A stretch of 64,000 nt of DNA, taken from the NCBI GenBank assembly GCA_016176415.1, contig JACOXH010000010.1, positions 4,247 through 68,246 of the forward strand, in the 5' to 3' direction. Made by a program: the position numbers and the translations under genes. The DNA comes from Candidatus Daviesbacteria bacterium. Its GTDB lineage: Bacteria; Patescibacteriota; Microgenomatia; Daviesbacterales; UBA10151. Of this stretch, positions 38,571 through 47,593 are shown in pieces. How positions within the stretch are numbered: position 1 is the first letter of the stretch; each line of letters begins with the position of its first letter. The notes below the pieces were generated by a model. The model did no database searches, had not been told where the DNA came from, and saw only the letters and a program-made list of their open reading frames with translations.

Positions 38571-39775
38571 TTTTTCCTCAGCAATAATACCATAACCTGC
38601 AAGGATAAAATAAAATATTCAGAAACTACAGTAATCCAGGACGCTGCTACAAACGAGTATTGAGGGATAAACAAAAAGTTTAAAGCGATGTTTAAAACAA
38701 ACCCGGATGTGTAAATCGTAAACATACTCTTATACTTCCCTTTGGTAATCAAAACCCACATTAAAAGCGCTGATAAAAAGTAAGCCGGAAAACCCAGGGA
38801 CAGAATCTTAAGGCTTTGCGTAGAGCCGTCAAAACCTCCACCGGTTAAAACACCAATAATAAATGGCGCCAGTATTAAAGTAAGCAGCGTACCTGCCATT
38901 GATAGGCCCAAAAGTCCCAGTGCCACCTGCTTAATTTTTTCCAAGGATTTAAGCATTAGAGGGTAGTAAGAGTTCATAATAAAAGCGGGGAGTACTAATG
39001 CTGATTGAAAAACAGAATAAGCTACGTTATAAAGGCCCACATCAGCATTATTTTTAAAATAGGCAATTAAAAAAGCATCAGCCCTGAAATATATAACATT
39101 TAAAGCCAAAGTTGCAGCAATTGGCCAGGAGTCGCGGAAAAGGTAGATTGTATATCGTATATTGTATATAGGGAAGACGCTTTGAAAAAACCTGCTTACA
39201 AGCAGCAAAGCAGTTAAGGAAATAGTTACCCAGCCAACAAAATGAGCTATCAGTAGATATGAAATTGGGTAGTGTAAAGTAATTAAAAACCAAAAAAATA
39301 ATAGACTAATCAGCGTGCCAATACTGGAAGCCAGTACCGATAAATCATACCTTAGTTTACTTTGAAAAATTAAGTTACAGGTGACATATACTGAGGACCC
39401 CAGAACAGCCAAAACACCAAACCAGACAGATTGAGAAAATGTAACGCCCGCAAATGGTAAAAAAGGCAGCAACCCCACTGCCAGAACAATTAAAAGCACT
39501 GCCCACATTATTCTTGTCCCTAATAATTTCTTCCACTCGTTTTGAATTTTGAATTTTGAGCTTTGAACTTGTTTTAATATGTGTGCATTAAAACCAAAAT
39601 CAGCCAGCATATAAAATATTGCCAAATAAGTAAGCGTCAGGGTAAAAACTCCTGTGCCTTCTTTGCCGTAATTTCTGGTGACCAACCCTAAAATAATAAA
39701 AGTAGATATAGAAGTAACAACTTTGCCCAAAATCTGCCAAAAAGTTTGTTGGGAAATCTTTTGCAAAATACTCAT
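38567..39775 (-). CDS. Oligosaccharide flippase (Wzx/MOP superfamily)
   Basis: 402 aa with about 12 TM helices and a typical polysaccharide-biosynthesis-protein layout. It sits next to a Wzy_C-like gene. Confidence 0.65.
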   Translation of the reverse strand: MSILQKISQQTFWQILGKVVTSISTFIILGLVTRNYGKEGTGVFTLTLTYLAIFYMLADFGFNAHILKQVQSSKFKIQNEWKKLLGTRIMWAVLLIVLAVGLLPFLPFAGVTFSQSVWFGVLAVLGSSVYVTCNLIFQSKLRYDLSVLASSIGTLISLLFFWFLITLHYPISYLLIAHFVGWVTISLTALLLVSRFFQSVFPIYNIRYTIYLFRDSWPIAATLALNVIYFRADAFLIAYFKNNADVGLYNVAYSVFQSALVLPAFIMNSYYPLMLKSLEKIKQVALGLLGLSMAGTLLTLILAPFIIGVLTGGGFDGSTQSLKILSLGFPAYFLSALLMWVLITKGKYKSMFTIYTSGFVLNIALNFLFIPQYSFVAASWITVVSEYFILSLQVMVLLLRKK

Positions 39776-39788
39776 ATTGAATAGGATA

Positions 39789-41060
39789 CTAGTTGTGGGA
39801 CTTAGAAGAAAGAGCTGAGAAAGAAAGCCCCCATACCAAAAACAGTAGTCTGTAACCCTGAGGCAGGGTTAAAAAGTAATGATCAAATAATCCTAGGAAA
39901 ATAATAACTACCCAAATCAGAAAGTTTTTACTTTTGATCATTGGATAAAAAATAAAAGCAATTAATCCTAAAAAGCCAATTATCCCTGTTTCAGCCAAAG
40001 TCAGCAGGAAGATATTGTGAACCGGCTGTAAAAACCTGGACGGACCTGTTATCAAATTATTTGCCAGAGCCGGAATAAAATTATTCAGCCCTACACCAAA
40101 AAAAGGACTTTTAAACAATAGTTGCAAAGCTGCCTCTGATAACTGCTCGCGTCTTATTAAAGATAAATTATCAAAGCTGAAAAGGCTGGAAAATCTGGTA
40201 TATATAAAGGGGGAGACAGCAAGTAATAAAACTCCTGCCAAAATCAGCCATTTCCTTTTAAGTAAAAAGGGTAAGAGCAATAAAGAGACAGCAATTGCAG
40301 TCCTGGACATGGTTAAAAAGATCGTTAACCCAGCCACAACATTAACTACTATTGTCATTCCGAGCGGAGCGGGGAATCTCCCAACTTGTTTGGGACCCGC
40401 ATTTGCGGGAGATCCTTCGGCTAATCGCCTCAGGATGACAACCACCACCAGTAAATATCCTGCCAATACATTAGGATGAGGAAAAGTAGCATATGGTCTT
40501 AAAAACTCTATTCCATAAAAATCAAATTTGGCAATAGCAGGCGTTGTAATAGTAAACGTTCTTTCTCCTAAAATCCAAAGCCCTAAAGTTGCGCCTTTTA
40601 TAAATTGGGCTATGGCAATAGCTGATTCGCCTGCTATCCCCAAAACAAGAGGCCAATATAACTTTGAACTTTGCACTTTATTCTGCCAGAGGCAGTTTGA
40701 AAAACACTTTGAACTTGCCAGATATACCCCAAATAAACCTGCTACTGAAAACTGTTCAAATCTAACCAACCCTGCTCCTAAATTTTGCGCTCCTACTAAA
40801 GATATAAATTGGGTTAACATAAAAAGCATCCACAAATTTAAGGACCAGCTGTTAATTTTTGCTTTTTGCAAAATCCATACCAAAATGAGTCCCACTACCA
40901 AAAGATCCCAAAAATAAACAGTAGGGGACAAATAATCTACTTTTAATGAATAAATATAAGAAAAAGAGGGCCAGAAATGTTTGCCTAACTGCGTGGGTAA
41001 AAAAAGCAGTGTTAAAAAAAGAAGAAAATGTTCAGCTTTCTGGAGCATCCTGCTCTTCAT
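39789..41060 (-). CDS. O-antigen ligase/polymerase-like (Wzy_C) membrane protein
   Basis: Polytopic, with a periplasmic-loop region (TMSRTAIAV...) typical of Wzy_C proteins. It contains a 90-bp in-frame repeat element. The start (41060 or 41048) overlaps the jag 3' end. Confidence 0.6.
   Translation of the reverse strand: MKSRMLQKAEHFLLFLTLLFLPTQLGKHFWPSFSYIYSLKVDYLSPTVYFWDLLVVGLILVWILQKAKINSWSLNLWMLFMLTQFISLVGAQNLGAGLVRFEQFSVAGLFGVYLASSKCFSNCLWQNKVQSSKLYWPLVLGIAGESAIAIAQFIKGATLGLWILGERTFTITTPAIAKFDFYGIEFLRPYATFPHPNVLAGYLLVVVVILRRLAEGSPANAGPKQVGRFPAPLGMTIVVNVVAGLTIFLTMSRTAIAVSLLLLPFLLKRKWLILAGVLLLAVSPFIYTRFSSLFSFDNLSLIRREQLSEAALQLLFKSPFFGVGLNNFIPALANNLITGPSRFLQPVHNIFLLTLAETGIIGFLGLIAFIFYPMIKSKNFLIWVVIIFLGLFDHYFLTLPQGYRLLFLVWGLSFSALSSKSHN
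40352..40441. mobile_element. Full-length 90-bp family-A element in frame inside the O-antigen-ligase-like gene
   Basis: TTGTCATTCCGAGCGGAGCGGGGAATCTC-CCAACttgtTTGGG-aCCCGCatttGCGGG-AGATCCTTCGGCTAATCGCCTCAGGATGACAA. The 90 bp equal 30 codons, read on the minus strand as ILRRLAEGSPANAGPKQVGRFPAPLGMT. Confidence 0.65.
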
Positions 41061-41550
41061 TCTTGACTCTTGACTCTAGACTCTTGACTCTAATTACAAT
41101 ATGCCTGTCTCTGCCTTCTCCTGCACTTTCACTTTCCAACCCTGGCATTTCAGAAATGACCATGTGCACAATACGTCTTTGCCATGGTGATTGAGGTTCA
41201 AGCTCCATAGGTTTTCCGGTTTCCAAAACTTGTTCACCCCATGCTTTTGCGCTCTTTTCCAAATCCTGCTCCTTTTGTTTCCTCCAATTCTCCACATCAA
41301 TTATTACCCTTTTAAATCCCTCTGATTCGCTCGGGACGGTTGCCCTCTCTCCAATCTTTTTAGCCACCATTTGATTAACTAAAAGCTGTAAAGAATCCAG
41401 AGATTCACCTCTTGCTCCAATTAGCCTGCCCGCATCACCGGTCTCTATTGACACAAGAAAGCTTTCATCGCTTTCTTCTATTTCATAACTGCCCTCCAAA
41501 AGCAACATCCCGAGCAAATTATCTAATATTTCACTAAGTTGATTTTCCAT
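41032..41550 (-). CDS. jag: Jag/KhpB RNA-binding protein (KH + R3H)
   Basis: KH-like GARGESLDSLQLLVNQM and R3H QRRIVHMVISEMPGLESES.GEG.DRHIVI. The C-terminal tail SLESRVKNEE is encoded by family-B heptamer repeats (41059-41092). Confidence 0.85.
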   Translation of the reverse strand: MENQLSEILDNLLGMLLLEGSYEIEESDESFLVSIETGDAGRLIGARGESLDSLQLLVNQMVAKKIGERATVPSESEGFKRVIIDVENWRKQKEQDLEKSAKAWGEQVLETGKPMELEPQSPWQRRIVHMVISEMPGLESESAGEGRDRHIVIRVKSLESRVKNEEQDAPES

Positions 41551-41574
41551 AGTATTTCCGTTTCTTTAGAAATT

Positions 41575-42441
41575 TTAAATTTTACTCCTGAAAGGAGCAC
41601 CTAATTTTAAATTTTTAATTCTGACCGCAAGGTCAGTCATTCCTCCCCAGCCGCTCACTCTGTGCTGCTGAACGATTCCCAATATTGTATATACATTCCA
41701 GTAAAATGCAAGCCCTATCGGAAAAGTAAAAACTAAATATCCAAACATAAGGGGCATTAAAAATACCATTTGAGACTGCACTTGCCCCATACTTTCTTCC
41801 AAACCTTCTTTTTCTTTCGCTTCTTTAGGAGAATCAGAGGGATAATGACCAACCGGTTTTGGTAAAGCCATTTTTGACTGGATAAAAGTCAGCAAAGCTG
41901 TAATAAGCGGTATTAGCAGTAAAAACAAGCCGTATTTTCCAAATTCTGAAGGTTTAACCCCTAAATTAAGTCCAAAAAAGTTGGGATCGAGAGTTGAAGG
42001 AAGTTTAAGTTGAGGAAAATAGAGTAAATTATTAATTTTATCTATATGACCACCTGCCCCGGGTAGAATATTAATAATTGCCTGATATAAAGCAAAGAAG
42101 ATGGGAATTTGAATTATAGCAGGCAGACAACCTCCCATGGGATTTACCCCATGTTCCTTATAAAGAGCCATTTGTGCCTGAGCCAAAGCCTGTTTGTCAT
42201 TTTTATGTTTCTCCTTTAAAGCGCTAAGGTGAGGCTTTAAGTCAGCCATCTTTTTTGTAGCTTTGATTTGAGAAGCCATAAAAGGCCAAACCAAAAATCT
42301 TATTAAAACAGTCAAAATAATAATGGAAAAGCCTAAAGCGCCCGGAATATTTAAAGACAATAAACCCTGAAGGATTAGTACCAAAACATTAATCACAGGG
42401 CCCAAAAATATTAAATTAAAAAAATCGCCGATAAAACCCAT
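41575..42441 (-). CDS. yidC: Membrane protein insertase YidC (short form)
   Basis: KMADLKPHLSALKEKHKNDKQALAQAQMALYKEHGVNPMGGCLPAIIQIPIFFALY. Confidence 0.92.
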   Translation of the reverse strand: MGFIGDFFNLIFLGPVINVLVLILQGLLSLNIPGALGFSIIILTVLIRFLVWPFMASQIKATKKMADLKPHLSALKEKHKNDKQALAQAQMALYKEHGVNPMGGCLPAIIQIPIFFALYQAIINILPGAGGHIDKINNLLYFPQLKLPSTLDPNFFGLNLGVKPSEFGKYGLFLLLIPLITALLTFIQSKMALPKPVGHYPSDSPKEAKEKEGLEESMGQVQSQMVFLMPLMFGYLVFTFPIGLAFYWNVYTILGIVQQHRVSGWGGMTDLAVRIKNLKLGAPFRSKI

Positions 42442-42641
42442 TATCTACAACTCCATATTCTTTTTAAACCAAAAACTATTCCTTTAAAAACTCCATATTC
42501 TTTAATTCTCTCCTTAGTGTACTGTGAGCAGGAAGGAGCATATTTGCAAGCCCCACCGGGCGCAAAATAAGATAACAGCCCTTTATCAAAGGAGAGAAAA
42601 GCTTGATAAATATTTATAAGGTTAATTAATAATTTTTTCAC
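42441..42641 (-). CDS. yidD: Membrane protein insertion efficiency factor YidD
   Basis: YQAFLS...CKYAPSCSQYTKERIKEYG. Confidence 0.88.
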   Translation of the reverse strand: MKKLLINLINIYQAFLSFDKGLLSYFAPGGACKYAPSCSQYTKERIKEYGVFKGIVFGLKRIWSCR

Positions 42642-42960
42642 TTTTTAAAATTTCCTCTACCTCCAACAGAACATCTCCTGATTTTACCTTACTTATACCT
42701 GCTTTGGGAAGAGCCACTATATTAACAGCATTTGGCAGTCTTCCGTAAAGCGCTTCAAAAACAGCAGATACCAATCTTTTAGCTTTGTTTCTTTCTGTGG
42801 CTTTTTTGAAAACCTTAGATGAAACTGCTACCCCCACTTTAGGAAACTCATTCTCGCCCAATCTGATAAACAGCTTTAAATACTTACTTTCCAGTCTTCT
42901 ACCACCAGCTACCCATTTGAAATCTTTTTTAAGGTTTAACCGTTGGGATTTAGGGAGCAT
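42622..42960 (-). CDS. rnpA: Ribonuclease P protein component
   Basis: [14 protein letters not shown] and the RNR-type motif KKATERNKAKRL. It lies in the conserved rpmH-rnpA-yidD-yidC order. Confidence 0.88.
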   Translation of the reverse strand: MLPKSQRLNLKKDFKWVAGGRRLESKYLKLFIRLGENEFPKVGVAVSSKVFKKATERNKAKRLVSAVFEALYGRLPNAVNIVALPKAGISKVKSGDVLLEVEEILKSEKIIN

Positions 42961-43097
42961 TAAATAGTTACTCTGACTCTGCCCTGAGCTCTTCTTCTTT
43001 TAATGACTTTTCTGCCGCCGGCAGTAGCTACTCTGGCTCTGTAACCGTGTTTTCTTGCTCTTTTTAACTTTTTCGGTTGATATGTGCGCTTTGGCAT
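42960..43097 (-). CDS. rpmH: Ribosomal protein bL34
   Basis: Absent from the ORF track because it is only 45 aa. My minus-strand translation from the ATG at 43095-43097 is [45 protein letters not shown]. Its stop forms a TAATG overlap with the rnpA start. Confidence 0.93.
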   Translation of the reverse strand: MPKRTYQPKKLKRARKHGYRARVATAGGRKVIKRRRAQGRVRVTI

Positions 43098-43120
43098 AAA
43101 AGAAATGATAGCAGAAAGAT

Positions 43121-43486
43121 TTAGCTTTGTATAGACACAGAAGATAAATGAGCAGTTAGAGCTGCTTGCTGTTTTTGTGATAAAGTAAGGTTAACTGAAG
43201 CCAATAATCCCTCTAAAGCTTCTCTAAACCGTTCCCGAAAAACTATCCTAATCTTTTCCTGTGGAAAATATTTCATCAAAATCTTTTGCTGGTTTTCCGG
43301 ATTTGGGTTTTGCCCGACTTCACTATCTAAAGACTGCTTTTGCTCATTGGGCAAGGCTTCCAAAAAATCAAGGATGGTATTTTGCCAAACTGTAGTTAAA
43401 AATTGGTTAATAAATTCTTCCTTCTTCTCCTTGTAATTAATAATTTCCAAGACTTTTAAAAGGATTTCTTTGCTTTCTTGCGGCAT
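43121..43486 (-). CDS. Hypothetical protein (121 aa)
   Basis: An open frame with no recognisable motif. It packs compactly with its neighbours. Confidence 0.4.
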   Translation of the reverse strand: MPQESKEILLKVLEIINYKEKKEEFINQFLTTVWQNTILDFLEALPNEQKQSLDSEVGQNPNPENQQKILMKYFPQEKIRIVFRERFREALEGLLASVNLTLSQKQQAALTAHLSSVSIQS

Positions 43487-43496
43487 AACTTATTTT

Positions 43497-43829
43497 TTAT
43501 TTTCTGGATTGCCTTTGCTGCTTTATTGCTTCCAGATTTATATCAACTCTCTGATCGTATTGCGTTTTTGACCGTTCAAGAACAAAACCAGCTGCTGCTG
43601 TCCCCGCACCTATAACCACTGAAGCAATGTCACCGGTAAGCGCTCCTTTTATTATCCAGCCTATACCTCCACCCTCAAGATAAGCCGACCAATTAGGATG
43701 CTTTAATGCTGTTTGCGTTATTCTTCTCTGAACAGCTCCTGTTTCTGTATTAAGCCAACGGTTAGCTGCTTTAGTTGCTTCATTTAAATTGTTTTGCTCC
43801 GGTGATCTACCACCCTCAGGAGAATCCAT
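43497..43829 (-). CDS. Hypothetical protein with Gly-zipper-like hydrophobic segment (110 aa)
   Basis: GGGIGWIIKGALTGDIASVVIGAGTAAAGFVL. No other motif. Confidence 0.4.
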   Translation of the reverse strand: MDSPEGGRSPEQNNLNEATKAANRWLNTETGAVQRRITQTALKHPNWSAYLEGGGIGWIIKGALTGDIASVVIGAGTAAAGFVLERSKTQYDQRVDINLEAIKQQRQSRK

Positions 43830-44051
43830 ATATAAATTATATCACTAAATTCCAGTAAACTTGATCTAGTTTTTAATAGTTCCTCTATATTGCTAACCAT
43901 ACTCTTGTAGATTAAATTGTGGATAAGTGATTATGACTTATCCACAAAGTCATAATCATCCCAAACTTGATTTGGGATCCATACAATATCTGTATAGATT
44001 CCGGATCGAGTCCGGAATGACAGTGGAAATGAAATCTACCTGCCCCTATAT
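43830..44051. other. oriC-like region upstream of dnaA
   Basis: An AT-rich stretch (43830-43915) is followed by two perfect DnaA boxes in inverted orientation: TGTGGATAA (43918-43926) and TTATCCACA (43938-43946). A family-A half element lies at 43960-44023. Confidence 0.7.
43960..44023 (-). repeat. Left-half family-A element (TGTCATTCCGGA variant) inside the oriC-dnaA spacer
   Basis: The minus strand reads TGTCATTCCGGACTCGATCCGGAATCT-ATACAgatatTGTAT-ggat-CCCAAAtcaagTTTGGG. Confidence 0.55.
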
Positions 44052-45374
44052 ATGGATAATTTAAGACTTTGGCACAAATTTCTAGAAACTATCAAACTTC
44101 AAGTTGGTCCTGATAATTTTAAAGCCTATTTTTTAAAAACCCTGCTTAAATCAAGCAGTGAGAACCTGCTTGTTCTAAGCAGCCCTTCTGCTTTTATCAA
44201 AGAGAATCTGGATCAAAGATTTAAAGTGATTATTGCCCAAACTTTTGAAAAGCTGCTGGGTAAACCAATTAATGTTGAGTTTATTGTCAAAGAAGCAAAT
44301 GCAGAGGTAAAAGAAGAGGAGGGTGATTTTTTCCAGCCAATTCAGGCTACTGTTTCTATACTTAACCCCAAATATACTTTATCTAATTATGTAGTAGGCC
44401 CTTCAAATAATGTAGCTTATGCAGCAGCCCAAGCTATTGTTCAAAACCCCGGGACTTCTTATAATCCTCTTTTTATTTATGGAGGAACAGGGGTAGGGAA
44501 AACTCACTTAATGCTGGGAATAGGTAATGGGATTTTGGATAAAAAACCACATGCCAAAATTATTTATGTTCCTTCAGAAAAATTTATGAACGACTATGTG
44601 GAAGCTATCCAAACTAGAAAAATGGGGGATTTAAGAGCCAAATACCGCTCAGCTGGTATCCTGCTGGTTGATGATATCCAGTTTTTCTCCGGCCGCGAAG
44701 GCACCCAGGAGGAATTTTTTCATACTTTCAACGAGCTGATTGGCAAAAATTGCCAGATAGTTTTAACTTCTGACCGTTCTCCTCATGAAATTGAAAAATT
44801 GGAAGACCGGTTAAAAAGCCGTTTTGCAGGAGGATTGATGATTGATATTCAGGCCCCTGATTTTGACACCAGAGTGGCAATCTTAAGCTCAAAGTGTTCA
44901 GAACATAAAGTCAATTTACCTGAAGAAACTTTAAAAATGCTTGCTGCCTCTTTTGAAACCAATATCAGAGAGCTGGAGGGGCAACTGGTGGGTATTTTAC
45001 AGCTTCTACAAGTACAAAACCTGCCTCCAACTCCGGAAAATATCAGTAAACACCTGCAAAAGAAAGCCCCCGGCCAAAATGGTATTAAAGCAGAACCCAA
45101 AAAGGTACTGGAGACAGTTTGTCAGTATTTCAGCTTAAACCAAAGGGATTTAGTAGGAGCCAGGAGACAAAAAGAGCTGGTTTTACCAAGGCACATTACT
45201 ATGTTTATATTAAGCGAGTATCTTAATTTAACTGTGGAAAAGATCGGACAACTTTTAGGTAAGCGTGACCATACCACAGTTATGCACGGACGGGATAAAA
45301 TTAAAAGGATTTGCAACACTGATAGGGAAGTACAGAGAATGTTAATCGAAATAAAGCAGAGATTAATGAATTAA
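44052..45374 (+). CDS. dnaA: Chromosomal replication initiator DnaA
   Basis: Walker A GGTGVGKTHL, LLVDDIQFFSGREGTQEEFFHTFN, and the domain IV segment RDHTTVMHGRDKI. Confidence 0.97.
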   Translation: MDNLRLWHKFLETIKLQVGPDNFKAYFLKTLLKSSSENLLVLSSPSAFIKENLDQRFKVIIAQTFEKLLGKPINVEFIVKEANAEVKEEEGDFFQPIQATVSILNPKYTLSNYVVGPSNNVAYAAAQAIVQNPGTSYNPLFIYGGTGVGKTHLMLGIGNGILDKKPHAKIIYVPSEKFMNDYVEAIQTRKMGDLRAKYRSAGILLVDDIQFFSGREGTQEEFFHTFNELIGKNCQIVLTSDRSPHEIEKLEDRLKSRFAGGLMIDIQAPDFDTRVAILSSKCSEHKVNLPEETLKMLAASFETNIRELEGQLVGILQLLQVQNLPPTPENISKHLQKKAPGQNGIKAEPKKVLETVCQYFSLNQRDLVGARRQKELVLPRHITMFILSEYLNLTVEKIGQLLGKRDHTTVMHGRDKIKRICNTDREVQRMLIEIKQRLMN

Positions 45375-45409
45375 CCCCTTTGACTCACTGTGTTCGCTCA
45401 GGGTGGAAT

Positions 45410-45588
45410 TTTTCCACAAAAAATTTCATTTATCCACAATTTATCCACCAGATATAAACAACTGATCAACACGAAAACTAGACGAAAGTTGAGCACGAAA
45501 AATTATGTTCCCCACATATCCACAGACTTTATTAATACTACTAATGTTTTATATATTATGTAGTATAATCGAACAATCTGTGGATAAC
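45410..45588. other. Second DnaA-box cluster (dnaA-dnaN side)
   Basis: TTTTCCACA (45410-45418), perfect TTATCCACA (45430-45438), TTATCCACC (45441-45449), ATATCCACA (45516-45524) and perfect TGTGGATAA (45580-45588). The last two lie inside the 5' end of the next ORF. Confidence 0.65.
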
Positions 45589-46032
45589 TTCAATTGGGGA
45601 TTAGTTGGTATATCAATATTACTCTTAGTAATAACATATTTAATCGGCAGACTTCACGGCAGAGGCAAAGCGGATATTCCTACAGATTTAATTGATTTAT
45701 ACAAAGGCGTGCAGGACCTACCGGCAAAAGTTTTACAAACAATCCAAGGCTCAATTAATCCTCAAAAAGGCAAAATGGCAGAGCTTTTAACTTATGCGGA
45801 ATTGCGTTATGATTATGACCGGATTATTCCTTTAGGTTGGCCGATTGATTTTATCGGAATAAAAAATGGGGAACGGATTGATTTTATAGAAGTCAAATCC
45901 GGCGCTGCTGCTCTCTTGACAGAAGAAGAGAAACACATTAAAAACCTTATTGCCGGCGGACGCGTCAACTTCAGGCTGATTAAAGTAACTGAAGATGAAG
46001 TGCAAAGGTTTATTACTACCAAGCGAGGATAA
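45505..46032 (+). CDS. Membrane-anchored PD-(D/E)XK-like protein (archaeal Holliday-junction-resolvase-related endonuclease type)
   Basis: Two N-terminal TM helices. The C-terminus PLGWPIDFIGIKNGERIDFIEVKSGAAALLTEEEKHIKNLIAGGRVNF shows the D...(D/E)xK layout of Hjc-related endonuclease domains. Confidence 0.5.
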   Translation: MFPTYPQTLLILLMFYILCSIIEQSVDNFNWGLVGISILLLVITYLIGRLHGRGKADIPTDLIDLYKGVQDLPAKVLQTIQGSINPQKGKMAELLTYAELRYDYDRIIPLGWPIDFIGIKNGERIDFIEVKSGAAALLTEEEKHIKNLIAGGRVNFRLIKVTEDEVQRFITTKRG

Positions 46033-46034
46033 AG

Positions 46035-47135
46035 ATGAAATTTAGTATTTTACAGCAAGACCTACTCCCTTCACTGCAAGCAGTAGCCAGGTCTGTTGGC
46101 GTCCGCTCAACCCTGCCTGTTTTAGATAATTTGCTGTTGGCTGTGGAAGAGGGTAAGCTAAAGATAGCTGCTACTAATTTGGAAATAGGGGTAATAAAGC
46201 ATGTTAAAGTTGAGGCAGAGGAGTCAGGGGAAATTACAGTGCCTGCTAAAACTTTGGTGGAACTTGTCTCCGGGCTCGGTCAAAATAAAATCACTATTCA
46301 ATCAACAGGGGAATTGCTGACTGTACAGTCCGGTAAATTAAAAGCTACGGTAAACGGCATTGCAGCCTCTGAATTTCCTGCTATTCCTTTGTCTTCAGAA
46401 ACGGGTGTAATTTTATCAAAAGAAGCCTACCTTGCTTCGTCTCAAATTCTTTTTGCTTCAGCGGTTGATGAAGGCAGGCCGGTTTTAACAGGGATTTTAA
46501 CTGATATTTCAGATAAAAAATTGGATTTTGTGGCTACTGACGGGTTCAGGTTAGCTCACCGTGAGTTTAAACTGCCTGTAGGGACAACTTCTTTTAAAAG
46601 CTTGATCCCCAGAAGAACTTTTGAAGAGGTATTGCGTTTGATTTCAGAAGAAGATGTAGAAGAGGTAGCTATTGCTACAAGTCAAAACCAAAATCAGGTA
46701 GTCATTACTTTGGGAAATACCATTGTTTCATCAAGATTAATTGAAGGGCAATTCCCTGCCTGGACAAAAATTATCCCCCAAAAGATTGTCTCAAGGGCTA
46801 TGGTGGAAAAAGAAGACCTTTTAAAAGCTATAAAACTGGCAGCCATTTTTGCCAAAAATGAGGCAAATATTGTGGTATTAAGCACCAAAAAAGGGCTTTT
46901 AAAACTTGAATCTCATGCTAAAGAATTAGGCAGTCAGGAAAATGAAATAGAAGGAGAGGTTGAAGGAGAAGAGTTAACTATTGCTTTTAATACTAAATTT
47001 TTACTGGATGCTGTCTCAAATGGTCCTTCTTCTCAAATCATTATTGAGTTTTCAGGCGCCTTGTCAGCAGCGCGGGTTATACCAATGGGAGTTGAAGGAT
47101 TGGAATATATTATTATGCCGGTAAGGCTAAGTTAG
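46035..47135 (+). CDS. dnaN: DNA polymerase III beta sliding clamp
   Basis: MKFSILQQDLL...LPVLDNLLL, ATDGFRLA and C-terminal MPVRL. Confidence 0.95.
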   Translation: MKFSILQQDLLPSLQAVARSVGVRSTLPVLDNLLLAVEEGKLKIAATNLEIGVIKHVKVEAEESGEITVPAKTLVELVSGLGQNKITIQSTGELLTVQSGKLKATVNGIAASEFPAIPLSSETGVILSKEAYLASSQILFASAVDEGRPVLTGILTDISDKKLDFVATDGFRLAHREFKLPVGTTSFKSLIPRRTFEEVLRLISEEDVEEVAIATSQNQNQVVITLGNTIVSSRLIEGQFPAWTKIIPQKIVSRAMVEKEDLLKAIKLAAIFAKNEANIVVLSTKKGLLKLESHAKELGSQENEIEGEVEGEELTIAFNTKFLLDAVSNGPSSQIIIEFSGALSAARVIPMGVEGLEYIIMPVRLS

Positions 47136-47590
47136 ACCCCTGTATATTTTATTGTTTTAAAATGGTACACCTTATCTTTGCCCCAAGCGCCTACTCCGTC
47201 AAACTTACTGTCAGGACCAATAAATAAAGTAAAAGTAGTGCCCAAAGGATAGGGCTTTAAAGGGGTAATTCTGGCAGTTTTTCTGTCAGGTGATAATTCT
47301 ACCCTATACTCTATTTTAGGTTCAATTCTGCTTTTAAATTCTCCTACATTCTCAAGAGGTCTGTTAAAAGTGATTTCTACCACCTGTACTCCTGATACAA
47401 GGTTATCCTCTAAAGGATCAGGATTGGTGGAAACTATAAAGGGAGGTTCTTTTGAAATATCTTTTTGCTGAACAGGTTCTTGTTTAACAGGTGCTGCGGT
47501 GTTTTCCTTATTATTTTTTGTATACAGATAAAAACCTAAAGCTGCAAAGATGATTATGGCTAAAACTGTTGGTATTTTTTTGTTTAACAT
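47132..47590 (-). CDS. Membrane-anchored Ig-like (SbsA/Big_5-type) domain protein
   Basis: N-terminal anchor IPTVLAIIIFAALGFYLY, followed by PPFIVSTNPDPLEDNLVSGVQVVEITFNRPLE. It is the last gene of the T4SS-like operon on the minus strand. Confidence 0.5.
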   Translation of the reverse strand: MLNKKIPTVLAIIIFAALGFYLYTKNNKENTAAPVKQEPVQQKDISKEPPFIVSTNPDPLEDNLVSGVQVVEITFNRPLENVGEFKSRIEPKIEYRVELSPDRKTARITPLKPYPLGTTFTLFIGPDSKFDGVGAWGKDKVYHFKTIKYTGV

Positions 47591-47593
47591 ATT

